64,000 nucleotides of DNA from Sphyrna mokarran (Eukaryota), in NCBI GenBank assembly GCA_024679065.1, contig JAGIQG010000002.1, forward strand, positions 71,982,001 to 72,046,000, given 5' to 3'. Numbering within the stretch: position 1 is the first letter of the stretch; each line of letters starts with the position of its first letter. This document shows, piece by piece, positions 50,481 through 63,602 of this stretch. The notes beneath the pieces are model-generated. The model ran no database searches and had not been told where the DNA came from. It worked only from the letters and a program-made list of their open reading frames with translations. Position numbers and translations under genes: made by a program.

Positions 50481-50697
50481 AATAAAACCTGAGATCTCAT
50501 TTAAAAAAAACAATTTTATCAACTTATTCTGTTTTTAATGATTTGGATAAGCGAATCCTAAATCTATTCCATTAAAGCTCAAAAGGACTTGCAAATGGGC
50601 ACTTTAGAGGAACCTGGACTCAACATTGAGTTCAACAATTTTACCTCATAACCTTCCCTCCAATTTGTTTTGGTTTTTGTTGATGATTTTGAATCCT

Positions 50698-51875
50698 AGA
50701 ACTGTAGAATACAGTTCTAGGCCCATTGAATCTGCACTGACACACAAACTTTTGAACTCCCACCTAACCCCATCTACAATTACTTGGCCACAGCCTTGAA
50801 TATTATGATGTGCTAAGTATTCATCCAGTACTTTTTAAAGGATGTGAGGCAACTCACCACCACCGCTCTACCAGACAGCCAATTCAAAGGTAAACCACAC
50901 TGGGTAAAAATGTTTTTCCTCACATCCTCCCCTAAATCTCTTGCCCCTTACCTTGAACTGGTGTCCTCTTATGACTGGCCCTTCAACTAAGGGGAATAGC
51001 TCCTATTTATTCCCTCATAATCTCACCTCAGTTAGGCCATCCCTCAGTTTTCTCTGCCCCAATGAAAACAACCCAAGTCTACCCAATTTCTCTTCATAAC
51101 TTACATGTTCCATCTCAGGCAGCACCCTGATGAATATCCTCTGCACCTCCTCCAGTGCAATCGCATCTTTCCTATAATGTGGTGACCAAAACAGCACATA
51201 GTACTTTAGCTGTAGCTTCACCAAAGTTCAATGCAACTCCAACATAACTTCCCTGCTTTTGTAACCTATGCCTCAATTTATAAAGGCAAGTGTCCCATAT
51301 GCCCTTTTCATAACCTTACTAACATGTCCTTCTGCCTAGAGAGATCTATGGGCAAATATATCAAGGTCCCTTTGTTCCCCAGAACTTCCTAGTGTTTGCC
51401 ATTCATTGAGTACCTTCTTGTCAAATTAGTCCTTCCAAAGTATATCACTTCTCACACTTTTTGGGGTTAACTCCATCTGCTACTGAACTGCCCATTTGAC
51501 CATTCTGAATATATCCTTTTATAGCTCAAGACATTCAACCACCTGACCAACCTTCATCTGCAAATTTGCTAACCTTACCCCCCCCCCCCACCACCAATTA
51601 ATCAATGACGAATAATAGGGGACTCAATACATTTCTATGGTACACCACTGGACATTGGCTTCCTATCACTAAAGCAGTCTTCTGTCATCACCCTCTGTCT
51701 CCTACAACGGAGCCAATTTTGAATCCACTTTATCAAATTACCCTCTGTCCCATGTGAATTTACTTTCTTTACAAGTCTCCCACGAGGGATTTTGTCAAAG
51801 GCTTTGCTAAAATCCATATAAACTACATGGATTGCACTACCTTCATTGACACACCTGGTCACCACCTCAGAAAAT
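50698..51875 (-). mobile_element. CR1 RT and 3' end
   Basis: ORFs 51015 and 51635 (VVYMDFSKAFDKIP..SSGVP). Confidence 0.9.
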
Positions 51876-51899
51876 CGTTTTATCTTGTTTTTCTCTCAT

Positions 51900-52720
51900 T
51901 TTATTTTCTTTCAGAAGGCAGCAATTGTGTGTTCACACCTCTCTAAACACCTTTTGTTTCTTTACTTGTTCTATTATCACTCCCTTTGGCCTTTCACATT
52001 GTTATTGAATCCCTTTCACCTGCCACCTCTTTATTCTTTTTTCCCACTCCTGCCTTACACTTGTTCAAAACCTATTATATTTCTAATTTTGTTCAATTCT
52101 ATTGAGCAGTTTCAGACCTAAAATGTTCAGCTGAATTTTATGGGGTGTTATGTCTACCTGCCCAATTTTTTAGTTGGTGTGCTAGGGAGCCCGCCCATGA
52201 ACCTGACAGCTATCCTGCAGCAATTTAATGCCAGAATAACATTAATTGCTTTAAGACAAGACTGTGTTCTTACCTTGGGAGGAAATCCCACCTTAGAGAG
52301 CTGGCACTATCAGATGGCAGGCTACTCCATAATTCCAGCAACGTCATGGGTGTGACAGCCATTGCTGAGATTACAGGCAGTCTCTTAATGTTGAAGACTG
52401 CTGCCGCCTCCTCCTCCCTTTTTCACCCACCCATACCCAGCTTCAGCCTGAGCAGTTAAAGCTGCTAGGCCCTGTATTTTTGTGGGTCTCTCTCTGCCAT
52501 GGTAAAATACTGGGAGTGATGGGATGAGCCTCCCTAAGCGCAAGGCCAGGCAAGTTGTTGACTAGACTTTACAAGCCCCCAGCCTTCAAACTCACTGGCA
52601 GGAAGGTTACAATCCCACCATAAACTCTTGCTTTCATGAAAGATGCTATCAGACCTGATCATTTCAAGCATGCTCTATTTTTCATTTCAAATTTTGAGTA
52701 CTGAAGAATTTTGCTTTTGT
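51900..52720 (+). mobile_element. Penelope-like 3' fragment interrupted by a probable non-autonomous DNA transposon (about 52129-52620)
   Basis: cagacctaaaatgtt|...|taaactc..agatgctatcagacctg..gcatgctctattt..attttgctttt reads continuously across the insert. Confidence 0.45.
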
Positions 52721-53179
52721 CCCAAGCCCTGTTGAAATTTTGCTATTTAGTGTACATATCTTCTTCTCTTCTCAAAATGCATTATCCCTTATTTCGCTGT
52801 ATTTATTTGTATTTAGTACCTGATTGCACAATCTACTAACATGTCTGTGTCTTCCTAAAATGATTTACCGTTCAAGTTAAACACAATCCCAATTTCTATA
52901 TGTACACATTTTGATATGCTTTTATACCCAATTATTGAGAAGAATGATCCCAAGAATGAACCCTTGAGAGGCACCACTGTATACATCACTCCAGTTTGAA
53001 AAACAACCTTTAATGAATAACTGCTGTCCATTTCCTATCTTCCAATCAGAGTTCTATTCATACTGCCAGGCTATCTTTAATGCCATGTGACTTAAGTGAT
53101 TGTAACAAGCCTTTTTATTATGATACGTGAATTACATTTTGAAAATCCATATTTACAATATCTTCTGCATTTCCTTTGA

Positions 53180-54730
53180 CACATAAGTACATGAGAACGA
53201 GGAGGAGGAATAGGCCATCTAGCCCCTTGAGCCTGTCCGTCATTCAATAAGATCATGGCTGATCTTTTTGTAGCTGTTTTTAAATTCCATCCTTCTAGCA
53301 ATGAAGAACAAAATTCCATTTGCCTTCTTAATTACCTGCTGTACCTGCAAACCAGCTTTGTGAATCATACACAAGGACACCAGTTCCCACTGCATAACAG
53401 CATGCTGCAATTTTTTTCCATTTAAATAATAGCCCATTTTGCTGTTATTCCTACAAAATGGGTGACCTCACATTTACCAACATTGTACGCCATCTGCCAG
53501 ATCCTTGCTCATTCACTTAGACTATCTATATCCCTTTGTAGATGTTCTGTATCCTTTGCACACTTTGCTCTACTAGTCATCTCAGTGTCATTTGTGAATT
53601 TTGACACACTACACTTGGTCCCCAGCTCCAAATCATCTATGTAAATTGTAAACAATTGCGGTCCTAACACCGATTCCTGAGGCACACCACTAGTCACTGA
53701 TTGCCAACCAGAAAAACACTCATTTACCCCCACTCTTTGTTTTCTGTTACTTAACCAATCCTCTATCAATGCTAATACATTGCCTGTAACATTATGCATC
53801 TTTATCTTATACAGCATCCTTTGAGCAAGGATCTTATAAGCAGCACTTCTCAAATGCTTTCTGGAAATCCAGACATACCACATCTACAGATTCCCCATTG
53901 TCCACTGTGCACATAATTCCACCAAATTAGTGAAACATGACCTACCCTTCATGAACCTATGCTGTGCCTTCCCAGTGGGACAATTTATATCCAGATGTCT
54001 CACTATTTCTTCCTTGATGATAGATTCAAGCATTCTCCTACTACAGAAGTTAAACTAACTGGCCTATAATTACCTGTCTTTTGTCTACCTCCTTTTTTAA
54101 ACAGTGGCATTAGATTTGCTGTTTTTGAATCTGCGGGAACCATCTCACAGTACAGCGAAGTTTGGTAAATTACCACTAGTGCATTTGTTATTTCCCCCAC
54201 CATCTCTTTCAGTACCCTGGGATGCATTGCATCAGGGCCAGGAGACCTGACTACCTTTTAGGCCCAGTAGTTTGCCCAACCCTATCTCTTTCATAATAGT
54301 GACAGTTTCTAGGTCCTCACCTACCATAACCGTCTTGTCATCAATTTTTAGCATGTCATTTGTGTCTTCCTCAGTGAAGACCGATACAAAATACCTGTTC
54401 AGTGCCCCAGCCTTTTCCTCATTTCCAGTTATTATATCCCCTTCTCATCCTGTAAAGGACTAATACTTACTTTCGCTACTCTTTTTAGTTTTAAATGCTT
54501 GTAAAAACTTCGCTATCTGCTTTTATATTCTGAACTAGTTTACTCTCATAATTCATCTTACTTTATAACTTTTCACACGGCTTTCTGTTGACCTTTTAAA
54601 GATTTCCCAATCCTCTAGTTTCCACTAATCTTTGTCACTGTATATATTTTCTTTCAATTTGATACCCTTCTTTATTTCCTAATAGCCATGGCTGATTATC
54701 TCTTTCTACAGTCCTTATCACTGGTTTATA
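53180..54730 (-). mobile_element. CR1 LINE with an internal deletion
   Basis: ORFs 53240, 53509 (SGVPQESVLGPQLF..KFTNDT), 54003 (PLFKKG..NYRPVSLTSVVG). Confidence 0.92.
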
Positions 54731-56686
54731 CAGATTTTCTCAAGAATATTAAATTTAGTGGCATCATTACTGGCAGAGCACAATACTATTATAGGTAGTA
54801 GCAATGCAGTTGTTTTGCTGCTGTTAGATGTATTTTTGGTGGGTTTTTGCAATTGTGACTATTTTTATCAATATTTTAGAAAAGAATACCAGGTAGGTAT
54901 ATATGTCTGACTTAAACAAAATGAATGTTAGGAATAGCATTTGCAAAGAGAAATGGGAGAAAAGGTTTCTCTTCAAATTTTCCAAATCTGGAAGTTTTTG
55001 AAGCATAGAATAGATCAAGGTTTCCCAGTCTTCTGAGTTGTAAAACTCCGAGTTACGTCTCAAGAGCATTGGGGAGCTTCAAATATTCTCATAATGTCAA
55101 TGTCCTTTTTTTTTGCTTCAAAACAGTTGCAATCACAAAAATCAAATGTCAACAAAGCTTTATTACCTACTTCTGTGCATATGTTAGGAATTAGGAAGAG
55201 GTATTCAGTCACAAATACATTTGCCACCTATTTGTCCCCCATACATCCCATGACCTCTTAACATTAAGCCCAGGAAATCATACCCATTTTGGCAATAAGT
55301 AATCAGATAATAATTAAAATATTCTCTTGATTAAAAAATACTTAAATCTTATATTTTGTTATTTCTAAGAGGAGAAATGATGCTGGAAAACTGATTTGTC
55401 ATATCAAAGATGGAATTTTCAGCCCAGCAACAGTGAGATGAAATAAATCAAATGGGCCAATCAGATAAAAAGCACTCACCATACTGGATGCTGATAGGCT
55501 GATCACCCAGAGCTCCAACAGGCTTTTCTCTAGTCTATTTTATTGTTGCAATTATTTTTGAAATTTGTCAGTTTCTCCCTTTGAACCAGTAGCCACCAGC
55601 TGCACAGACCTCCAAAGATCTTCATGGACCCAAGTTTGGAACCCCTGGATTAGATCTTATTGTCATATTTAGGTTTGTGCTTCATCTGAGTGTCGGTAAA
55701 TCTGGACAGTGACATGCAGCTTTTGTTTCGGAATTGCAATCAGATTAATTAGTTATTGACTGAAGTGTTAAACAGAGCACACACAGCACCATTTATAAGG
55801 CCAGAAAAAACAAACACCTACCAATTTGAGGGCCCTAGATCTCCTGCATTGTACTTGCACAGAATTATGCTGAACTTTACATTGGGTTACATGCTGATCT
55901 TATCTTAGCCTTCCTGTAAAGTTATTTGACTACACTAGAATGTAATAGTTGACATGAAATAAATGAAAAAGTAGCTGCGTAAAAAAGGAGTAATAATAAG
56001 TTGCCTTTTGTCATAGCCACACTCCAACTCTCTTGTTTCTTCAGTTCTTAGTCTTGCATTATTGTGCAAAACAGCATTAAGACCAAAGTTTTTTAGGTAC
56101 AGTTTAGATATGATTAGTCTAAGTCTCAGTCAGGTTTTTAAAAACCAATTCAAAAGTGGTGCTAATGATCAAGAAGTTTTTCTAAAATTGATGCTAATAA
56201 GCTAATTACAATAGCCTGCTGAATGTAGGGCAGGATGGGGCAGTGTGTGCACATGGGAAGTACATTCTTAATGTTGCATTATGTTTCTGCTGAAATGTTA
56301 CAGGAAATTCTAATATCTAAATTTTAGCAGTTTTATATAAATTTTCATAATATTTAAAAAATCTGAAGTATGACAGATCAGTCTTTTTATTGAATACCAA
56401 CCAAGCAATTCCCAGTAAATTCTGTGACCCAAAATACCCGTAGTCTTTAACAATATTTCACTTAGTTGAGAAGCAAATGCAATTGTCCCTCTATTTTCCC
56501 ACCTCCTTCCTATGGTAACATGACAATGATCAGAATTTTTGTGGAATCTACGGGTGCAATTGTATCTCTTTATTCCATTGAACCCAATTGCATAACTTCA
56601 ATTGTGCCAGCAACTTGAAATGTTATTTTGTCTGCTATTAAGAAACTCACTTGCATTCTCTATTTCTCCTTTATTTGAAATCAAAG

Positions 56687-57005
56687 CCTTTAGATGGTTA
56701 TGGAAGCCCAATGCACATTTCCAGATCCCCTGTGCCAGCATCCTTGAGGACGTGCTCACCAGCATCTGATTCTGGAGCCTCTTCATTATCTCCAATAGCA
56801 AGCAATGCAGCTTTCACATTTGAAACCACAGTGGAAAATCAAGTTCTGGAAGAACATAATCAGCATGTTTTGACATCATCAGAGCAGCCTTCTGAAGATT
56901 CTGTGGGAGGAACCCCAACCTCATCGCCTTCAAAATCATTTCAGAATGCTAGATTGCCTCCATTGCATCATGTGGATAAACAATGCAAAATGAGAAAAGC
57001 TGAAG
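56687..57005 (+). CDS. PPP1R9A: Neurabin-1 long-isoform exon PLDGYGSPMHISR...KMRKAE
   Basis: MHI..LRTCSPASDSG..LSP matches recalled human long-isoform MHITKLLPPKGLRTSSPESDSGVPPLTP; acceptor tcaaag, donor G|gtaaag. Confidence 0.85.
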
Positions 57006-57475
57006 GTAAAGAAGATACTCTATAGAATCTGGCTTTGTGGCATAGTTATTGTAATACTAAAAGTTATTACACCCTTATTAGAAATATGCCTAAATGTCTG
57101 TAATGCATCAATTCTATATCCATCTTATAAAAATGGCAACAGTAATTTTATGAAGTATTGTTTTTATCTAATTATTTGATGTGGATGTAATGATTAATGA
57201 GTTTTTAACTGGTTTATGAGAGCAATTCCACATTCTCCATTTTTGACAAGTTTATGCATATTTTCTTCATCAGTATTAATGTTGCAATTGTGAAAATAGT
57301 AAATGGTAACTAGAGATAGTGTAGTTTGACACTGCCAGTGGCAGATAATAATCCTGTAATTGAAATAATAGTTTGTATGAGTGCAATTTGCTCTGTTTTG
57401 TTGGTATGTTGACAAAGGTGCCCTTTTCCAAGAGGGAGAACAATTTTATGTCTAAAATAACGCTGTTGTTTCTAG

Positions 57476-57560
57476 ATGGCAACAGAGGTATTTCTTCATC
57501 AAAAAAAGTCAATCCTACAAGTCAGAAAGAGAACACAAAGCAAAAATTTGTTGACTTTGG
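57476..57560 (+). CDS. PPP1R9A: Neurabin-1 long-isoform exon DGNRG...TKQKFVDFG
   Basis: KQKFVDFG vs KRKFVDLG; acceptor gtttctag, donor GG|gtaggt; phase 1 to 2 consistent. Confidence 0.88.
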
Positions 57561-59359
57561 GTAGGTTCTTATTTATAATCCCTCAATATAGCATACTGGT
57601 CGTACTCTAAAGCTGCCAAATGTACATTAGTTGTTTGAATTGACTTAGTTCAAAACAAAAATCTTAAACTAGTTTATTCAAACCTTCATAGCATCATGAA
57701 ATGGAATATAAAGACAGCTCATCCGCTTGTAATTATATATTACTAAATTTCCTGTGATGTTACACACGGGGATGCCAATTTTAATTTTAGGGATTTTAAA
57801 ATGTGTAATAATAAATTAACAGCACATTATACACTATCTAATGTTCCCTTCCCTTTGCTTCAGTGGAAAGGAAAGTTGGCTGTGGTACATAATAGGTGGC
57901 CAATTAATTAATTCCCATTTTACACCTTCACCCAATTTTAAAATTAGCTCCTGAGAAACAAGACCAAATTATTAAATTTAGGTCAGATAGAATAACAAGA
58001 TTCAGATGGAAGAGGCACTGAAGACCAGGAAGTGAGAAAGTTGGTCGATGTAACGGAGCTATTTGGAGAGAAGAAGGGGAAAGAGAAAAGATTGCAGGAT
58101 TAGCAGCAGAGGAGAGGGGAGGGATAGAAATGCAAAAAAGATGAATAATGTTGATGTTACAAGTGAAGTTGCAAGGAGAAAAACGGTCAACAGACAGGGA
58201 AAGGAGGAGGATCTTTCAATCAACTGTAGTTATTTAGGAGAGAAGCATTCCCTGGTCCATTGTGAGGAGTTGCTGGGGTGAGATGTAGGGTTGCACAGCG
58301 TGGTAATGGAGATGCATGGAAGAATAGAATGAAATGAGTTAGACAATCTTTCTACAAGTCACAGTCTTGAAGGCCAGGGCAGAAGTAGGTGCAATATGAC
58401 TAAGTAGAGCTTCTAATAGGAATATAAAGCTGCTCATTGAAATTGAATGCAAAGGCTAAAATAAAGATTAGTTATTGGGGCAATAAATTCTTGACTGGCA
58501 CGGAGTGCCATTGGGTGGAAGTGAAAGTTAGTGGCACTGACACATAAATCCCAGACTTCTCCCAGGAGATGGCGTGTACGTTGCTATGTTGTTCATTGTG
58601 TGATGGGAAAGGTAATATTTGAGAGTGGGGATGTGAACAACCTGCTTTATGTTGTTTGTTTCTTTTGTGGGTGGGGAGCAGAATATTAAAAGTTGGGATG
58701 CAAAACCATGCAGTCAACCATGAAAGGCAAGGCATTGTAGTGGGAGCCAGGGTGAAATAGCCTCCGCTGAGGAATAAAGGTAATACAAAATTATTCAACA
58801 GGAAGAGGAGTTGTACATTGTTTAAGAACACCATAATGAAAAGGAAATTTCTAGATCCACATAGCTTGCAGTCAAATAGTTTGTTTTATAAGAGTCCAAA
58901 GTAATTGAGATGATCTTATAGATTAGATATTGGGCAGTCAAATAAATGAAAAAACAATGATCCAGTGACATGGATCTCAGGAAAGTGATGATTGCATTGC
59001 AAGAAGGCTGTGTGAAAAGGTGGAATGAAGATCTTTTTCCAGGCTTTGCTCGAACAGAGAACTGTCAGCTAACTGAAGAAGCTGTGGATAGATAGAGTTT
59101 GGAGAGGCAAGATAATTGTCATGTACTTTTAAATCTAACTATTTATCTCCTTTTAATTATCTGTACAGCATAAATACTGGAGATGAGAACAGTAGTTAAG
59201 AGGAAATAAAACCTGATCCTTCCTTTACGACCTTTCTTGATATTCATTTCATTCACCTACCTTTTGTTCAATGGTCTTAATCTTCTTCAATTTGAACCCA
59301 TTTTCTTCAGATCATTGTGAAGAGCCTTGGGACTGTTTTTATTCTGAAATGCACTTTAA

Positions 59360-59725
59360 AGGGCAGCACAGTGGTTAGCACTGCTGCTTCACAGCTTCGG
59401 GGATCTGGGTTCAATTCCTGGTTTGGGTCACAGTCTTTGTGGAGTTTGCACATTCTCCTCATCTCTGCGTTGGGTTTCCTCTGGGTGCTTGGGTTTCCTC
59501 TGGGTGCTTCGGTTTCCTCCTACAACCCAAAAATGTGCGGATAGATTGATTGGCCATGCTAACAAAATTGTCCCTTAGTGAACTGAGATGTGTAGGTTAG
59601 AGGGATTAGTAGGTAAAATTTGTAGGGATATGGGGGTAGGGCCAGGGTAGGATTATGGTCAGTGCAGACTCGATGGGCTGAATGGCCTCTTTCTGTATTG
59701 TAAGGTTTTTATGATTCTATGATGC
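59360..59725 (+). mobile_element. HE1-like V-SINE with an internal 19-bp tandem duplication
   Basis: Full tRNA head; gggtttcctctgggtgctt twice; tail tttatgattctatga. Confidence 0.9.
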
Positions 59726-60871
59726 TTAATGTTGTTATTTAAAAACCTTCCATAGTTCTTGCATAGTTGTTTTATAATGCCAACTAAAACGCTTACCTTT
59801 TTCATTGTCTTTTTGATTAGTCATTGTATCTTGGACCTGGAGAGGTTTTCAGTTATCAGAAATATAATCCTGCAATTTGACGTGGAAGCTGCCTCTCTGC
59901 AGCAGACTGAGTCATTGAAGCCAGAGGATTAATACTCCGTTGTAAAGTCTGCTTAGATAAAAGACTGCAATTGCTGCCAAAGCTAATATAACAAAGGGGT
60001 TTCCCCAATAGACTTGGAGAGTGAAGCCTAGCTTCTGATGGACCTACTGCTTCCTTCAGCATTTTTACACTTCATTAATTTCTATTTTTCAGTGTCCTTG
60101 AAATCTTTCACCTGCCCCTTCAGTTTCCACCTCTCTTGGTGAGGCTGCCGAGGCTCCAGCTTTGGAGTCTAGGCCTGTAGCTTGGATATCTTGTCCGCCA
60201 TTCTTAATAGGGCGACAAGAGTTGAGGCAATTAGTTAGGAGGCCACCTCTGGAAAGATTACACCACTAGTCTTGCTGTTGGCAAGTGCAGGCTTGGGATG
60301 TCCAAATGGTCCCAACGATGGGGTTCTGATGCCTTCAGAAAAATCCCAATTAAGCAGAGCTTGCAAACATATTAAATTGACATGCAGCAAAAGATTAGCT
60401 GTCCGCCATGATTTCTGGAACATCACAACACAATACTTTATCTCTCTTTTCTATCCTCTTCCCCCACAGCCAACATCCCTCTCAGAAGCACGCACACATC
60501 CATGCAAATACAGGGATACAAACACCTGCAGCTGCACAATTTCAGGAAAGCGAGTGGAAAGAAACAAAAATTCAATGGATAATGTCTCCAGCTTCTCTGT
60601 GATCAGATTGCGTGGACCAGTGTCACCTACAAAGACACTTAAATTCAAAAGAACCGCTCTAGTCAAGAGCTAATCCCGATCTTTATTGCATCTGTTTTGT
60701 TCATAATATTTTGAGAGTCTACCATACAAAACGCACATACTAAGTTATTTTTCTTGCATGTAACTTAAATTTTGTAAAATAAAGGAATTATTCATTGTGC
60801 TTGATGAAAATTCAGTTTCCAACATTCTTAAAACAATATCAACAGCTAATTTATTTTGCAATTTATTGTAG

Positions 60872-60955
60872 GGTTCAATCACAGAAAACACCTAATAAAG
60901 GGAATAAACAAAAAGACAAAGAAAAAGGAACCAATAGACTCTCATCAGGAAGCAG
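60872..60955 (+). CDS. PPP1R9A: Neurabin-1 long-isoform exon VQSQKTPNKGNKQKDKEKGTNRLSSGSR
   Basis: Matches SKGKKWKEKEKEASRFSAGSR; acceptor ttattgtag, donor AG|gtatgc; 84 nt, phase 2-2. Confidence 0.88.
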
Positions 60956-63339
60956 GTATGCTGTAGTCTACCTTCCTACATCCCCTCTTTTTTAATTGTG
61001 CACAAGCTATTCTGTTCCATTTAACTGAGAAGATCTTAATATCTTTTCGTGTTGCAATATAAAGAGGATGACTTGTGCACAGGCTATATAGGAACGTCAG
61101 TGGAGCTTAAATGGAACATTGCAGTCCATCAAAGATCTTGTTGCGTTTTCATTTTTCAAATTTTATAATATCTAATTCCACTTTAGTCAAACTAGCCACA
61201 CTAGCAAAATTCATGTGTTGTTATTCCAGTTGTTATAAATGGACAGGAAAATTCCAAAATGGAACCTTGGTCAAAGGACTGTAGGGGCAATCTTACCGTC
61301 ACATTCCATTGGCAAGGTCACACGAGAGCCAAGAGATCATGTTCGCTCCTGGTTTCTCGTTTTTCGAGATCTTATTGGCACCAGTTACCTGATGAGGTCA
61401 GCCTTTGCCCATGTCTGATGTAAGGATGAATAAATTTAAATTCCATTTTGATAAATTTAACGTGATTAGCAAGCCGAGGAAGGTATCATCCAGGCTCACT
61501 TGCCTCAGTGGCCTCATCAGAAGAGGTTCTCTCTAGGAGTCACAGCTGGTCCCCAACACCAGAGACCACATATGATGGGCTCCATCGTAGAACTTGAGCT
61601 TGTTGAGGCCCCTTGGGAGGTCAGATGCAAGGGGATGGTGGCCTTTGGGCAGTTCCAGTCTGCCATTTTGGCAGTGCCAAGCGGGCATGGCCTACAGAGG
61701 TGGGGCCAGGTAGGAGGCAGGCTGATCATTTGGGGGCGGGGGTAGGCGGCTGTCCCTCTACAACTCTGCATTGAGATTGGTGGAAGAATTAAAGGAGGGC
61801 CTGCTAGCAATCTGCATTTTGAAACTGTTTGGGAGAGAGGGAGGGGTAGGATCTCTGCCACTCTGCAGTTGTGATTGGTGGAGGGAGAGAAGGGGGCCTG
61901 CTGCCACTGCATTAGAGATCATGGGAGAGCTCAGTCCGGGCCTGGAGGGGGATGGAGGAGCAGCAATCGCGATAAGCTGCTAGTCCCCATAATAACTGGG
62001 CGGGTACCGTGTTAAGGCCACAGATAGTCCCTGCCTCTCTCGGGGGACATGTGACTAGTATGTGCAATTGCGCCCTCTGCTGTTCTCAACCAGCATTTTG
62101 GTGATTTAAACCTTGACCCCTCTGACAGGAAATAAATGGATTTTGAAGAGATTATTTGCTGTAGTGTATAAGATCACAGATTTGGACTTGTCCAAAAAAT
62201 TCTCCATTTTCATGCTTGTTCCAGACTTAGACTTTTTTTTCATTAGATTGCCCCCTCTAGCTTTTACCTTCATAAAATGTGGAAGAACAAAATCATAGGA
62301 TTGTTTATTAGTTTAAACAACATTGAAAAAAAAATTTCAATATGTTAAGTTGCATTACTATACCATACTTCTTCATCCCCCCCCCCCCCACCTGTCTTAG
62401 TTTAACAATTGCACACAGGTTTTAAGATCAACATAGATTTTGAAACATATCTTGATCTACAACAGTCTCCTTAACATGCCAAGTCCCTTTGACACACACA
62501 AGCTGACTGTGGTCAGATACATAATCACCTCTGAACCTAAGTTAATGCCTTGATTTTCTCCTCAGAATCCCCTAAAATGATTGTCACATCAGAATTTTCT
62601 GAACACCACTCCCAAAACACACTAAAATCTTTTCTCATAATATTGCTTTCCCTTAGAAGTTTGCATTCTGAAACCCAGTCCAGAATTTTCAAATGATACT
62701 TTTAAATTAAGTTTCCACTCCACCTTTAACAGTGAATCCAGTCCAGGATTTTACTCTAAACCCTCAGGACTTCTTTACGTTGACTGCTATCTAAATTATT
62801 CACAATTCTTTTAACGTTCAAGTCTAGACTCCTCTTAAAATTACATCAAATGTCTTAGTTGTATCTGAGGTCTGATCCCTATTTTAAATCTAGTGTTGCA
62901 ATTGCTTCTTTAACTTAGCACACTTTGTTTACTCTTTCTTCTAAAAAAAATACCTTAGTCTCTGTTCACTTGGCTTCAGTCATTAGAAACATTCTTACTG
63001 TCTCAGTTCCCTGGTTTCTGAGATTGTATTTTGTTCCTTAGGAAGTTTGCCTCTTTGTAAATTCCACATCCTGTCCAACTTCTCTTGGCAAAGTTAAGAA
63101 TTGTTCGCTCCTCAGTGACCTGTCTTCAACTGCTCTGGCTTCCAGTTAAAACTAAAACCTAAAAGCTTTTTTTAACTTTACAAGGTCCCTGCCAGCTTAT
63201 TTATTCTCCATGCCGTAGCTCTTTCTAAGCACAAGTGAATCACAGTTGGAATTGAAATCTAACACATTTGTCCAGCATGAATGTAACTATAGATTTTTAC
63301 GCTTCCAGGCACAAATATGAAAAACCCACTTGAAACCAC

Positions 63340-63602
63340 TTGGGTTTGATTCCCAGCTTGGGTGATTGTCTGTGCAGAGTCTGCATGTGTCTGCATGTAA
63401 GCACATCAGCTTAGGTTTCGTCTGGATGTTCTGGTTTCCTCCCATAGTCCAAAAGGTGTGTTGGTTAGGTGTCTTGGCTATGCTAAATTCTCCTTCACTG
63501 TACCCAAATAGGCACCAGAGTGGGGTGATTAAGAGATTTTCACAGTTATGTAGTTGTAGTGTTAATGTAAGCCTGTTTGTGACAATAATAAATAAACTTT
63601 AA
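63340..63602 (+). mobile_element. 5'-truncated V-SINE, tail type A
   Basis: gggtttgattccc, V-domain, tail gtgttaatgtaagcctgtttgtgacaataataaataaacttt. Confidence 0.85.

Noticed and set aside
61283-62121. GC-rich segment with ORFs 61500, 61517 and 61771
   Set aside because: No recognisable protein. Probably a non-autonomous DNA transposon, but the TIRs are too degenerate to call.
62300-63340. Possible LTR or leader fragment
   Set aside because: No termini, PBS or TSD that I could confirm.
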